DNA from: a virus
Lineage: Duplodnaviria > Caudoviricetes
IMG/VR virus record: IMGVR_UViG_3300027759_000044
Length of the DNA stretch: 64,000 bases
Strand: one strand, 5' to 3'
Below the pieces are notes generated by a model. It was not told where the DNA came from. It searched no databases and saw only the letters and a list, made by a program, of their open reading frames with translations. The translations under genes were made by a program, and so were the position numbers. Within the stretch, counting starts at the first letter, position 1. Each line of letters opens with the position of its first letter. This document shows, piece after piece, positions 36,401-46,700 of the stretch.

Positions 36401-39400
36401 ATGGAATACGATGGATTTAAACCCCGTGGGGAAACAAAAGCAAATAAAGCTGATGCCGGTGGTGCAGCATTACGTAACCTACCATTATTTGGTATTGTAA
36501 AAAACAACATTGACCCTATTCGTTCAGGTAGATTGCAAGTTTACATTAGTGATTTAGGCGGACCTAATCCTGATGATAGTACAAGTTGGTCTACTGTAAG
36601 TTATATGAGTCCATTTTATGGTTTTACTACTCCATCAGGAGCCGACACCGGGTACGGAGAATATATAAAAAATCCGCACAGTTATGGTGTATGGAATAGC
36701 CCACCTGATCTTGGCACAACTGTTATTTGTGTATTCATTAACGGAGATCCTAATTATGGTTTTTGGATTGGATGTGTACCAGAACCAGATGCATTGCAAA
36801 TGGTTCCTGCAATTGGTGGTACTGACAATATTGTTGCAAATGCAGGAGAGGCAAAGGGATTAGGTGGCGCCGTCAGATTACCTGTAACTAATATTAACAC
36901 AAATAATCCGGGTATTGCCAACACCGGAAAGTTTTTAACTGATGCTAAACCTGTACATAGTTATGTTGCTAGTATATTAGCACAGCAAGGATTAATCAGA
37001 GATCCTATTAGAGGTGTTATTGGTTCTAGTGCCCAACGTGAAAGCCCAAGCCGAGTTGGTTGGGGAGTAAGCACACCAGGACGTCCTATATATGAAGGTG
37101 GTTTTACTGATGAAACAATTGCTAAGGCTGCAACAAGTGGTAAATCAACTGGATTAAAAGTTGTTGCCCGCAGAGGTGGTCATACATTAGTAATGGATGA
37201 TGGAGATATATTAGGTCGTGACCAATTGGTAAGACTACGTAGTAGTTTAGGACATCAAATATTAATGAGTGATGATGGCCAATGTTTACACATTATTCAT
37301 GCTAACGGACAAAGTTGGATTGAGTTAGGTAAAGAAGGCACAATTGATATGTATTCTACCAATTCAGTTAATGTAAGAACACAGGGTGATTTGAATTTAC
37401 ATGCTGATAATAATATTAATATCAATGCAGGTAAAGCATTAAACATAAGTGCTGATACGATTGCAATTAGCAGTGAAAAAGAAACTACACAAAAAGTTGG
37501 AACAGATTTTAGCTTATATGCTTCAGGACAATACACTACTAAAGTAGATGGTAAGATGAGTTTTGCTAGCGCAGCCGACTCATCTTTTTATAGTGACGCA
37601 ATAACATATTTTAATGGTAGCAAGATTAATTTGAACACAGGCACATCAAGTTTAGTACCACAAGAAGTTAAACCATTACCAATAACAGCGCATACTGACA
37701 CATTAAATGATGCGACTAAAGGATGGGCAGCTGCACCGGGCAAGTTATTAAGTATTGTGAGTAGAGCACCTGCACATGCACCATGGGCTAGCGCAAATCA
37801 AGGTGTAGATGTTAAAGTTAATAACAATGCAAGTGCCGCATTACCGGCAGCACCATTGCCAGCAGTAGCGGCCGCAAATGCAAGTGCAGGCGAAGTGGGA
37901 GTAACCGCACCTGTAACAGTAGCGGTTGCTTCTACTGTACCACCATCAGCGGCAATTAGCGCGGCATTAGATAAAAATACAACTGGTACAATGGTTGCTC
38001 AATTATCTACGTTAGCCGCTACTGGACCGGCAGCTGCCGCAGTTAAATTGGGTGCGGCTGTAGTAGAAACAGCAACTGGTCCAGTAGCGGCAATTGGTGC
38101 TATGGCACAAAGTCCTGCGCAAATGGAAGCATGTGGTGTTATTAAACCAGGTTCAGCTGCATTAGTTAATTGTTTAGTAGAGGGTGGTAAAACGGTACAA
38201 CAAGCATTAACCCCAAATTTATTTACAGGCAAAGACGGTGCATCAAACTTAACTAGCTATGTAAATAATCCAGTAGCACAAGTTGCCGGAGCAGTGGCTA
38301 CATTGTCACAAGCGCAATCAGCATTAACAACAGCCGGTTTAATTACTGGTAAAGAATCAGGCTCATCAATTGCAGGTTTAGTAATGTCAGCGGCAACAAC
38401 TGGAGTAACTAATACGGTAAACTTTGTTAAAAATGCCGCTACACAAGCACTTGGTGTAGTAACTGGAGTAGTAGGAACCGCTACTAAGGCAGTAAATAGT
38501 TTGTTGGGCGGCCCCGGTAATTTAATAGCAGGTGGTAATTTTGCGGGCGCATTAGCAACTAAAGTTACTGGTGCACTAGGTGGCATATCAGCCTCATTAG
38601 ACGGATTGAAAAAGACTGCATTGGCAGGACTTAAAGGAATAACAGGTTTACTAGATAACGCAAAAGGGGTAGCGGCTGCAGCCTTTGGGGCAATTACTGC
38701 TTCTTTACCAACACTAAAAGCCGGAGTTCCTCAAAACATCAAAGACATAACAGAAAAAGCAATTGCTGTAGCTCAAGCTCCGGTACAGGTACCGGGCACC
38801 AATTCATTGACAGGAGCATTAAATTCTATAACAGGAGCGGTAAAAGGAGCACTAGCAGGAGCCAATCCATTAGCAGGAGCATTGAAGGATGTGACTGGTG
38901 CCAACCCGTTGTCAGGCGCATTAAGTTCTGTAACTAATGTTGTAACCGGGGCAGTATCAACTGTAACCGGGGCAGTATCAACTGTAACCGGAGCATTGGG
39001 TACGGTGGATACAACACTTAGTACAGCCACCGGATTAATTAAAACATCATTGGGCGGAACTACAAACTTGTCTACTGGTTTAGATTTATTGCCCGGTGGA
39101 GGTGGAGGTTCGTCATTAGTTAATAATGCCGTCGGTGCTGTCAATAGTATACCGGGGGTAGCAGCCGTTAACGGTTTAATTGGTCAAGCAAAATCAATTA
39201 CAGATGGGATATCTAGTTTAACCTCAGTTAATCCGTTGGCATCTTCAGGTGCATTAAATGCGATTAAAGGAGCAGCCGGGGCATTGACAAAAGGTTTAGA
39301 TGATTTAAAGAGTGGTAAACTATCATTAGCAACATTGGCGTCTGCTGGATTGCCGGCGGGAGCAGCCGCACAATTAAATGCCGCTATGAGTTCAATGAGT

Positions 39401-39826
39401 TCAGGTGGCGCCGTCCCAATTAAATTACCTACAATAGCTATTAATACAAATGATAGAAGTGAATTAACGCAATCAATAACAGCATTATTGGGCAGTGTAA
39501 AAATACCAATGCCAAACTTTGAAGGAAACCCGGCTACATTGGGGAAAACAATGTCTGAAGCTGATATTGCAGAATACGACAAGGCAACGGCAGAACTTAA
39601 TAACCTTAGTGATAAACGATTTGATTTAATCAAAGACCTAAGGAACGCTCAAGGTGCTCTTAGAAAAGCTAAAGAAGAATTACCGGCCGGTGATCCTGGA
39701 ATTGCAAGTGCAGAGGCAGCATATAATACTGCTAAAGAAAATATAACTAATTTAGATAAACAACGTGAAGAATTGAAGAAAAGAGTATTTGAGGTTACTA
39801 CGGGTGATAAGCCCATGACAGCATAA
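36401..39826 (+). CDS. gp5: Central spike, gp5-like (OB fold plus beta-helix) with a long Ala/Gly-rich C-terminal extension
   Basis: IVKNNIDPIRSGRLQVYI, PPDLGTTVICVFINGDPNYGFWIG, RRGGHTLVMDD, GHQILMSD, VRTQGDLNLHADNNININAG; precedes gp25. Confidence 0.85.
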   Translation: MEYDGFKPRGETKANKADAGGAALRNLPLFGIVKNNIDPIRSGRLQVYISDLGGPNPDDSTSWSTVSYMSPFYGFTTPSGADTGYGEYIKNPHSYGVWNSPPDLGTTVICVFINGDPNYGFWIGCVPEPDALQMVPAIGGTDNIVANAGEAKGLGGAVRLPVTNINTNNPGIANTGKFLTDAKPVHSYVASILAQQGLIRDPIRGVIGSSAQRESPSRVGWGVSTPGRPIYEGGFTDETIAKAATSGKSTGLKVVARRGGHTLVMDDGDILGRDQLVRLRSSLGHQILMSDDGQCLHIIHANGQSWIELGKEGTIDMYSTNSVNVRTQGDLNLHADNNININAGKALNISADTIAISSEKETTQKVGTDFSLYASGQYTTKVDGKMSFASAADSSFYSDAITYFNGSKINLNTGTSSLVPQEVKPLPITAHTDTLNDATKGWAAAPGKLLSIVSRAPAHAPWASANQGVDVKVNNNASAALPAAPLPAVAAANASAGEVGVTAPVTVAVASTVPPSAAISAALDKNTTGTMVAQLSTLAATGPAAAAVKLGAAVVETATGPVAAIGAMAQSPAQMEACGVIKPGSAALVNCLVEGGKTVQQALTPNLFTGKDGASNLTSYVNNPVAQVAGAVATLSQAQSALTTAGLITGKESGSSIAGLVMSAATTGVTNTVNFVKNAATQALGVVTGVVGTATKAVNSLLGGPGNLIAGGNFAGALATKVTGALGGISASLDGLKKTALAGLKGITGLLDNAKGVAAAAFGAITASLPTLKAGVPQNIKDITEKAIAVAQAPVQVPGTNSLTGALNSITGAVKGALAGANPLAGALKDVTGANPLSGALSSVTNVVTGAVSTVTGAVSTVTGALGTVDTTLSTATGLIKTSLGGTTNLSTGLDLLPGGGGGSSLVNNAVGAVNSIPGVAAVNGLIGQAKSITDGISSLTSVNPLASSGALNAIKGAAGALTKGLDDLKSGKLSLATLASAGLPAGAAAQLNAAMSSMSSGGAVPIKLPTIAINTNDRSELTQSITALLGSVKIPMPNFEGNPATLGKTMSEADIAEYDKATAELNNLSDKRFDLIKDLRNAQGALRKAKEELPAGDPGIASAEAAYNTAKENITNLDKQREELKKRVFEVTTGDKPMTA
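38941..38991 (+). repeat. 21-nt perfect tandem repeat (VTGAVST) x2.4
   Basis: TGTAACCGGGGCAGTATCAAC at 38941 and 38962, partial copy at 38983. Confidence 0.9.
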
Positions 39827-39827
39827 C

Positions 39828-39834
39828 ATAAATA
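39828..39834 (+). promoter_or_regulatory. Late promoter ATAAATA
   Basis: CATAAATA then AGAGGA SD before ATG 39852. Confidence 0.7.
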
Positions 39835-39851
39835 CAGTAGAGGATAAGAAT

Positions 39852-40301
39852 ATGCCATCATACATTGGGTTCAGTACAATTAACGCTAACAAGCCACGAT
39901 CTACTAATTTGCCGGCCGGTCTTGCAGGTGGAGTAGGTTCTATGGTACAACCAGTTATACCTGGAAAAAAATACAGATTAGTAGACGAATCACTTGTAAT
40001 ACAAGATTTTATTAACTCATTAAATATTCAACAGGGACAAAAAGTAGGCAATCCTGGTTATGGTACTACTCTTTGGAGTTTTGTATTTGAGCCAAATACG
40101 TTTGATGTACAACAACAATTAGAAACTGAAATTAGACGAGTTGCTAATCAAGATCCGAGACTAATACTTAATACTGTTAGTGCATTCCCGCAAGAAAACG
40201 GTATATTAATTGAGGTAGAAATGGCTGTTACACCATTTAATAACGCACAAACACTTAGTGTTTTCTTTAATAATAGTACAAATACAGCAGTAATTCAATA
40301 A
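39852..40301 (+). CDS. gp25: Baseplate wedge subunit, gp25-like
   Basis: VIQDFINSLNIQQGQKVGNPGYGTTLWSFVFEP...EIRRVANQDPRL; lies between gp5 and gp6. Confidence 0.9.
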   Translation: MPSYIGFSTINANKPRSTNLPAGLAGGVGSMVQPVIPGKKYRLVDESLVIQDFINSLNIQQGQKVGNPGYGTTLWSFVFEPNTFDVQQQLETEIRRVANQDPRLILNTVSAFPQENGILIEVEMAVTPFNNAQTLSVFFNNSTNTAVIQ

Positions 40302-40329
40302 TCTTCCAAAAGTGATGTTTTCATTTAAG

Positions 40330-40336
40330 ATAAATA
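40330..40336 (+). promoter_or_regulatory. Late promoter ATAAATA
   Basis: GATAAATA 19 nt upstream of ATG 40356. Confidence 0.7.
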
Positions 40337-40355
40337 CTTAAAAGAGAATACCACT

Positions 40356-43300
40356 ATGGCAACTAGTTCACGACAATCAGCATTATTCGGCGTCAATGAT
40401 TGGAAGGCAATTTATCAAACCTTCCGTGAAGCCGATTTCCGTTCATATGATTATGAAACATTACGTAAAAGTTTCATTGATTATCTACGTGTTTACTATC
40501 CAGAAACTTATAACGATTATATTGAATCAAGTGAATTCATAGCACTAATGGACGTTATGGCGTTTATGGGTCAAGGTTTAGCTTTCCGTAGCGACTTAAA
40601 CGCACGTGAAAACTTTATTGACACAGCAGAACGTAGAGATAGTGTTATTAAATTAGCAAATTTAGTTAGCTATACTGCTAAACGTAGTTTAGCTGGTCAA
40701 GGATATATTAAAGTAGTAAGTATTCAAACAAGTGAAAACATTACGGATCTTAATGGATTCAATTTAAGCAATCAAACAGTATTATGGAATGACCCTGCGA
40801 ATGTCAATTGGTTAGAACAATTCAACACAATTATTAATGCCACATTGATTAGTACACAACGTATTGGTCGTCCGGGTAATACAGCACAACTATCAGGTAT
40901 TAAAACTGAAGAATATACTATAAATATTCCTCAGGGTAATTTACCAATTATTCCATTCACTGCGGTAGTAGATAACCAAGCAATGAATTTTGAATTAGTT
41001 AGTTCAACTACATTAAATGAAGATTATGTATATGAGATACCCCCTGCGCCTAGCGGTAAAATGAATATGGCTTATCGTAATGATAAATTAGGTTATGGTA
41101 GTCCAAATACAGGTTTCTTCTTTTATTTTAAACAAGGTAATTTACAGAATTTTGATTTTAATTTAGCACAGCAAATATCTAATCAAGTAGTTGATATTGC
41201 TAATATTCAGGGAGTTAATAACACAGATACTTGGTTATATCAATTAAGTACAGATAATAATTCTACAATCAATAGAACATTATGGAATCAAGTAGAGAAT
41301 GTATATGCAGATGCCTATTTACAAACAGAAAATAGTGTTCGCAGAATCTTTTCAGTGGCTTCCAGATTTAACGATCAGGTTAGTTATACTTTTGGTGATG
41401 GAGTATTTTCCGAGATTCCAGTTGGAACATTTAGAGCATATGTACGTGCGGGTAATGCATTGACATATACTATTAATCCAACTGAGATGCAAAATCTATC
41501 AGTTGCAATAAGTTATATTAGTAGGGTAGGACGAACAGAAACACTTACATTAGGATTAGAATTACAGACACCAGTGTCAAACGCACAGGCTAGAGAATCA
41601 TTAGCAAATATTAAACAACGTGCCCCTGCCCGCTACTACACACAGAATAGAATGGTTAATGGTGAAGATTACAACAATTTCCCATATACATTATACAGTT
41701 CTATTATTAAAAGCAAAGCTATTAACCGTAGTTCTGTTGGTGTATCAAAAAACTTAGACCTGTTAGATCCAACCGGAAAATACTCCAGCACTAATTCATT
41801 TGCCTCAGATGGTGGAATGTATCAAGATGATACTGACGGTAATGAATTATTAACTATCAATTCATCTGGTGATATCATCACATTCTTAACAGATACATTA
41901 GGTGCACTCTTAGCAGATAATCGTGCTAGACAATATTATATACAAGATTATACGAGATACAATGTTAATGCGGCTTCCGGTGACGGTACAGTATATTGGC
42001 AAGAACAAACAGTTAATGCTAGTAGTTTAACTGGTTATTTCTTTACCATTAATGGTAGCGATAATACTCCTATAGCAGTAGGAACATATTCTACCTATAA
42101 TATGAAATATACTACTAAAGGTGCAATGATGAAATTCACTGCGCCGGCAGGATATTATTTTAGCGACACAAATCGTTTAATAGCTGGTATTGCTAGCCCA
42201 TCAGATAAAACATATATATGGACTACTGTATTAAATGTAGTAGGTGACGGATACAATAATGGTGAAGGCGCATTTAGTAATGGATTAGGTCCAATTACAT
42301 TAAATGGATATGTACCACAAGGTGCAATAGTAACTACTATATTGCCCGCATTTGATAATTCATTGCCTAATATAGTAATACAAGAATGTATTGTTAGAAT
42401 GGAACTTAATCAAAGTTTTAGTTTAATATTTGATAACAGTTTAACTATTGCTCAAGATCGTTGGAGTATTGGCACATATAATGCTAGTAATTATTTTGTA
42501 AACTTTTTAAGTTTAGGTAATAACCGTTATAGTATAACATATCGTTCATTAGCATATTATTTTGGTAGTGTAGCTGATACCCGTTTCACATTTGAAGCTG
42601 GTAAATTAGTATATGATCCTTTTAGTGGAAAAATATTACAAGACTTTGTTAAAGTATTAGCAACCAATACACAACCTAGTAGTAATTATCCATTAGCAAC
42701 ACCTATAACAGCAAGTATTATTGGTCAAACAGTTGAAAGTGACGGCTATGTAAATGATTTTGAAGTTGAAGTAGCAAGTATAGATGTTAATGATAGAACT
42801 ATTGTAAGTAATCCAGATTTCTTTACAGAAGTAACAGGTTATGTTAATGGTAATACTAATATAGGAATTTACACATTCTTTGTATTATTACAAGATGCGG
42901 TAAATCTTTCACGTTACCAATTAATACCATCAACCGATGTAGTGTATATCTATTCAACCAAAACACAAATTGAAATAGTTAAGTACGAGTACCCAGAAGG
43001 TCAATTGTTCTATGCATTTACCGATAATTTATTTTATACAACGATTCAAGATCAAACAGTTAACACACCATTTTATGTTGTAACTGAACAACCACAATAT
43101 ATTATGAAACCAGGACGTCAAGGATTACAATTCCAATATCGTCATAATAGTAATAACACAACACGTATTGATCCAGCAACTACAAACATTATTGATTTGT
43201 ATGTTGTAACTCAGGCTTATTATACAGAGTATCAAAACTGGTTACAAGATATTACTAATACTGTACCAATACCAGACAAACCAACAATTAATGAATTAAC

Positions 43301-43739
43301 ACAGGCTTATGGATCATTAAATGATTATAAGATGTTAAGTGATAGTATTATTTTAAATAGTGTAATATTTTTACCATTGTTTGGATCTAAAGCACCCGCG
43401 CAACTAAGAGCAACAGTTAAAGTTATTAGAGCAAGTAATACAAATGCAAGTGATAGTGAAATACGTAGTGCAGTTTTAACTGCCATGAACACATATTTTA
43501 ATATTAACAATTGGAATTTTGGAGACACTTTTTACTTCAGTGAATTGAGTGCGTATTTACATGCTGAAGTAGGAGATTTGATTAGTTCTGCGGTACTAGT
43601 TCCAAATGATCCTACAATGAGTTTTGGTGATTTATACGAAATTAAATCAGCTCCGTATGAAATATTTGCTAATGGAGCAACAGCAAATGATGTTCTTGTG
43701 ATTGCAGCACTTACACCAGCACAGTTACAAATAAGATAA
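40356..43739 (+). CDS. gp6: Baseplate wedge protein, gp6/baseplate J-like (1127 aa)
   Basis: DFRSYDYETLRKSFIDYLR, LMDVMAFMG, ENFIDTAERRDSVIKLANLVSY, FGDGVF, ESLANIKQRAP, RMVNGEDY. Confidence 0.9.
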   Translation: MATSSRQSALFGVNDWKAIYQTFREADFRSYDYETLRKSFIDYLRVYYPETYNDYIESSEFIALMDVMAFMGQGLAFRSDLNARENFIDTAERRDSVIKLANLVSYTAKRSLAGQGYIKVVSIQTSENITDLNGFNLSNQTVLWNDPANVNWLEQFNTIINATLISTQRIGRPGNTAQLSGIKTEEYTINIPQGNLPIIPFTAVVDNQAMNFELVSSTTLNEDYVYEIPPAPSGKMNMAYRNDKLGYGSPNTGFFFYFKQGNLQNFDFNLAQQISNQVVDIANIQGVNNTDTWLYQLSTDNNSTINRTLWNQVENVYADAYLQTENSVRRIFSVASRFNDQVSYTFGDGVFSEIPVGTFRAYVRAGNALTYTINPTEMQNLSVAISYISRVGRTETLTLGLELQTPVSNAQARESLANIKQRAPARYYTQNRMVNGEDYNNFPYTLYSSIIKSKAINRSSVGVSKNLDLLDPTGKYSSTNSFASDGGMYQDDTDGNELLTINSSGDIITFLTDTLGALLADNRARQYYIQDYTRYNVNAASGDGTVYWQEQTVNASSLTGYFFTINGSDNTPIAVGTYSTYNMKYTTKGAMMKFTAPAGYYFSDTNRLIAGIASPSDKTYIWTTVLNVVGDGYNNGEGAFSNGLGPITLNGYVPQGAIVTTILPAFDNSLPNIVIQECIVRMELNQSFSLIFDNSLTIAQDRWSIGTYNASNYFVNFLSLGNNRYSITYRSLAYYFGSVADTRFTFEAGKLVYDPFSGKILQDFVKVLATNTQPSSNYPLATPITASIIGQTVESDGYVNDFEVEVASIDVNDRTIVSNPDFFTEVTGYVNGNTNIGIYTFFVLLQDAVNLSRYQLIPSTDVVYIYSTKTQIEIVKYEYPEGQLFYAFTDNLFYTTIQDQTVNTPFYVVTEQPQYIMKPGRQGLQFQYRHNSNNTTRIDPATTNIIDLYVVTQAYYTEYQNWLQDITNTVPIPDKPTINELTQAYGSLNDYKMLSDSIILNSVIFLPLFGSKAPAQLRATVKVIRASNTNASDSEIRSAVLTAMNTYFNINNWNFGDTFYFSELSAYLHAEVGDLISSAVLVPNDPTMSFGDLYEIKSAPYEIFANGATANDVLVIAALTPAQLQIR

Positions 43740-43742
43740 GTA
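43736..43742 (+). promoter_or_regulatory. Late promoter variant ATAAGTA
   Basis: GATAAGTA overlapping the gp6 stop, upstream of ATG 43766. Confidence 0.55.
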
Positions 43743-43765
43743 ATATATAACCATAGAGAGAAATA

Positions 43766-46700
43766 ATGGCAACAAGAATTAGAACATTAAATTTTCTACC
43801 TGAAATATTTAAAACAACTACTAATAGTCAATTTTTAAATGCAACGCTGGATCAAATAGTAGACCAACCAAATACTAAAAGAATTCAGGGTTATATAGGT
43901 AGTAGATTTGGGTATGGCGTTAATGCTAAAAATTATTACGTAACAGAACCTACAAAAATTAGAACAGATTATCAACTTGATCCCGGTGTAGTATTTCTAA
44001 AAAAAGACACAAGTACTGCTCAAGATTTTATCAGCTATCCAGGTATAATTGATGGGTTAGAGTTAGAAGGTGCATTGATTGGTGACAATAACAGATTGTT
44101 TACTAGTGAATTTTATTCATGGGATAGTTTTGCTGGTCTAGATAAAATTATTAACTTTAATCAATACTACTGGATTCCTGAAGGACCTGAAGCTGTCACC
44201 GTTAGTACAGAAACAGTTTATAATGCTACTGATTATATTATTACAAGTACTGCTAACGGATATTTAGTAACCGCTACTGGACAATCACAGGGCTCTACTA
44301 ACCCTGCACTTACATTATTGCGTGGTGGTACATATACTTTTAATGTTAATCAAGCTAGTGAATTTTGGATCCAAGGTATGCCAGGCATTACTGGATATGA
44401 TCCAAATCAACCTAACGTACAGACCCGTGATGTATTTGGGGTCAGTAATAACGGTGCAGAAGTTGGTGTAGTAACATTTACGGTTCCTTTTAAAACAGCA
44501 CAAGATGAATATCAATTTCCTGGAAATAACCGCGTTGATTTAGTAACTACCTTATTGTATGCTGAGTTAGACGGCGTGTTACTTAGTAGTTTAACAAATG
44601 GAATAGATGGTATTACCTCACTTGATGGCCTTACTTTGATGTTCTATAATAACGAAAATGAAACTACATTTTATACAATTACATATACAGGTAGCACAAC
44701 AGATCCTACAATAACATTAGTTGTTGGAGACACTATTCCTATTGAAGAAAACATTACAGCAAATTTTGGTACAGAATATATTGGTAGACCATTTTATAGA
44801 ACTACCGGCAGTGTTATTACTTTAATTCCTTATTTAAGTTCATTATTAGATACATTATATTACCAAGACGGTACCTCAAGTAATAAAGTGGGTCAAATTA
44901 GATTAATATCTAGTAACACAACTAATAGAATTGATGTGCTTACTGATATTATAGGTCAAGCAAACTATACATCTCCGAATGGTGTAGTGTTTACTAATGG
45001 ATTAAAAGTAATATTCTCTGGCGAAATATATCCTGCTAGCTATGAGAATATTAGATATTATGTTGAAGGTGTAGGTACAGCAATACAATTGATTCCAGTA
45101 ACTGATTTTGTAGCGCCGGAACCATTCACTCAAGGTACATACATACCTTTTGACACGACACCATATGACATTGGAAATTTTGATGTTAATTTATATATTC
45201 CTGTATTACAAGATTATATTACTATTGCTAGAAATAGTATTGATAAGAACCCTTGGTCAAGAAGTAATAGATGGTTTCATATTGATGTAATTAACGCTAC
45301 TGCTACTTATAATAATAATCCGGCGTTAGCCACAATATATGCTACTTCAGCAAATAAAGCCAATCGTCCAATTATTGAATTTTACCCTAATCTGCGTTTG
45401 TTTGATTCGGGCGTTGTGGGCAAACCCCCAATTGACTTCATTGACTTTAGAACAACAGATGCGTTTAATAGTACAACCGGTGTTGCTGGACAAGAAAATT
45501 ATTATCCTGATGTAGAAGTTTATACCGGTTATAATGCTACTATCGCTACGGTTTCGGTAACACCGGTCAGTGTTACATCTTTTATAGTAGGACAATCTTA
45601 TAAGATAAGCACGTTGGGTAATACTAATTGGAATACCGTTGCCGGTACTACTGGTGTAACATATAGTCTTAATAATATTGTTATATGTGCAGTAGTCGGA
45701 TCAGGTACTGGAGCAGGCATAAAAATGTCTACTAATATTCAAATTAATTCAGAATATGTAACCGGCGCATTTCAAGTTGATCAATATATAAATGATAGCA
45801 CTAATTTGTTACCAAGAAATAGTCAAATTACTTCTATAACCGGCACCACAACATTTATATTAACAGTAGCTTGGCCTGAATCACAGGCTGTATCTGCTGG
45901 CAGCAATGCGTCATTGATAGCTAATGACATACAAAACGATAGTTATTCTGTATTTGACGGAGCACGTATTGTATTTGCAGCCGATGCTAATTTAAATGTC
46001 AGAAATAAAATATATGTAGTTAGATTTTCTACATTAGTATTTGGTGATACACCGGTAATTACATTAACAGAAGCTGAAGATGGGCTTGTCTTAGCAGATG
46101 AACAAACATTTACATTTAGAGGCTATAATTATCAAGGTATGGATTTTTACTTTGACGGTGCTAATTGGCAAGAAAGTCAACAAAAAACAACAGTAAATCA
46201 ACCACCGTTATTTGATGTATTAGATAATAATGGAATTAGTTTTGGTGATCCTGAGTTGTATGTTGGTACTTCATTTGCTGGTAATAAATTATTTGCGTAT
46301 AGAATTGGTTCAGGAATAGATGATCCTGTATTGGGATTCCCATTAACATATAGCTCAGTTGATAATCTTGGTGATATTAGTTTTGACGTATCATTAAACT
46401 CAGCCTCATTTAACTATGTAAGTGGAACTATTCCCATTACACAAAAAGTTAATACTGGATATGTTTATAATTATAGTGATTTGACAACCTCAGTAAGACA
46501 ATTGGGTTGGCAAACTGCAATTGGCCCTAGTGTACAATATCAAATATTTGAATTTAATTATTATGCCGGCATCCCAACTTCCACATTCACATGTGACATT
46601 GCTAAACTAGCTGACACAGATAGTGCGTGGCCTACTATACAATTATTTGTAAATAATAAAATACAATATTCAAGTGACTACACAGTAGTAACAACTGATA

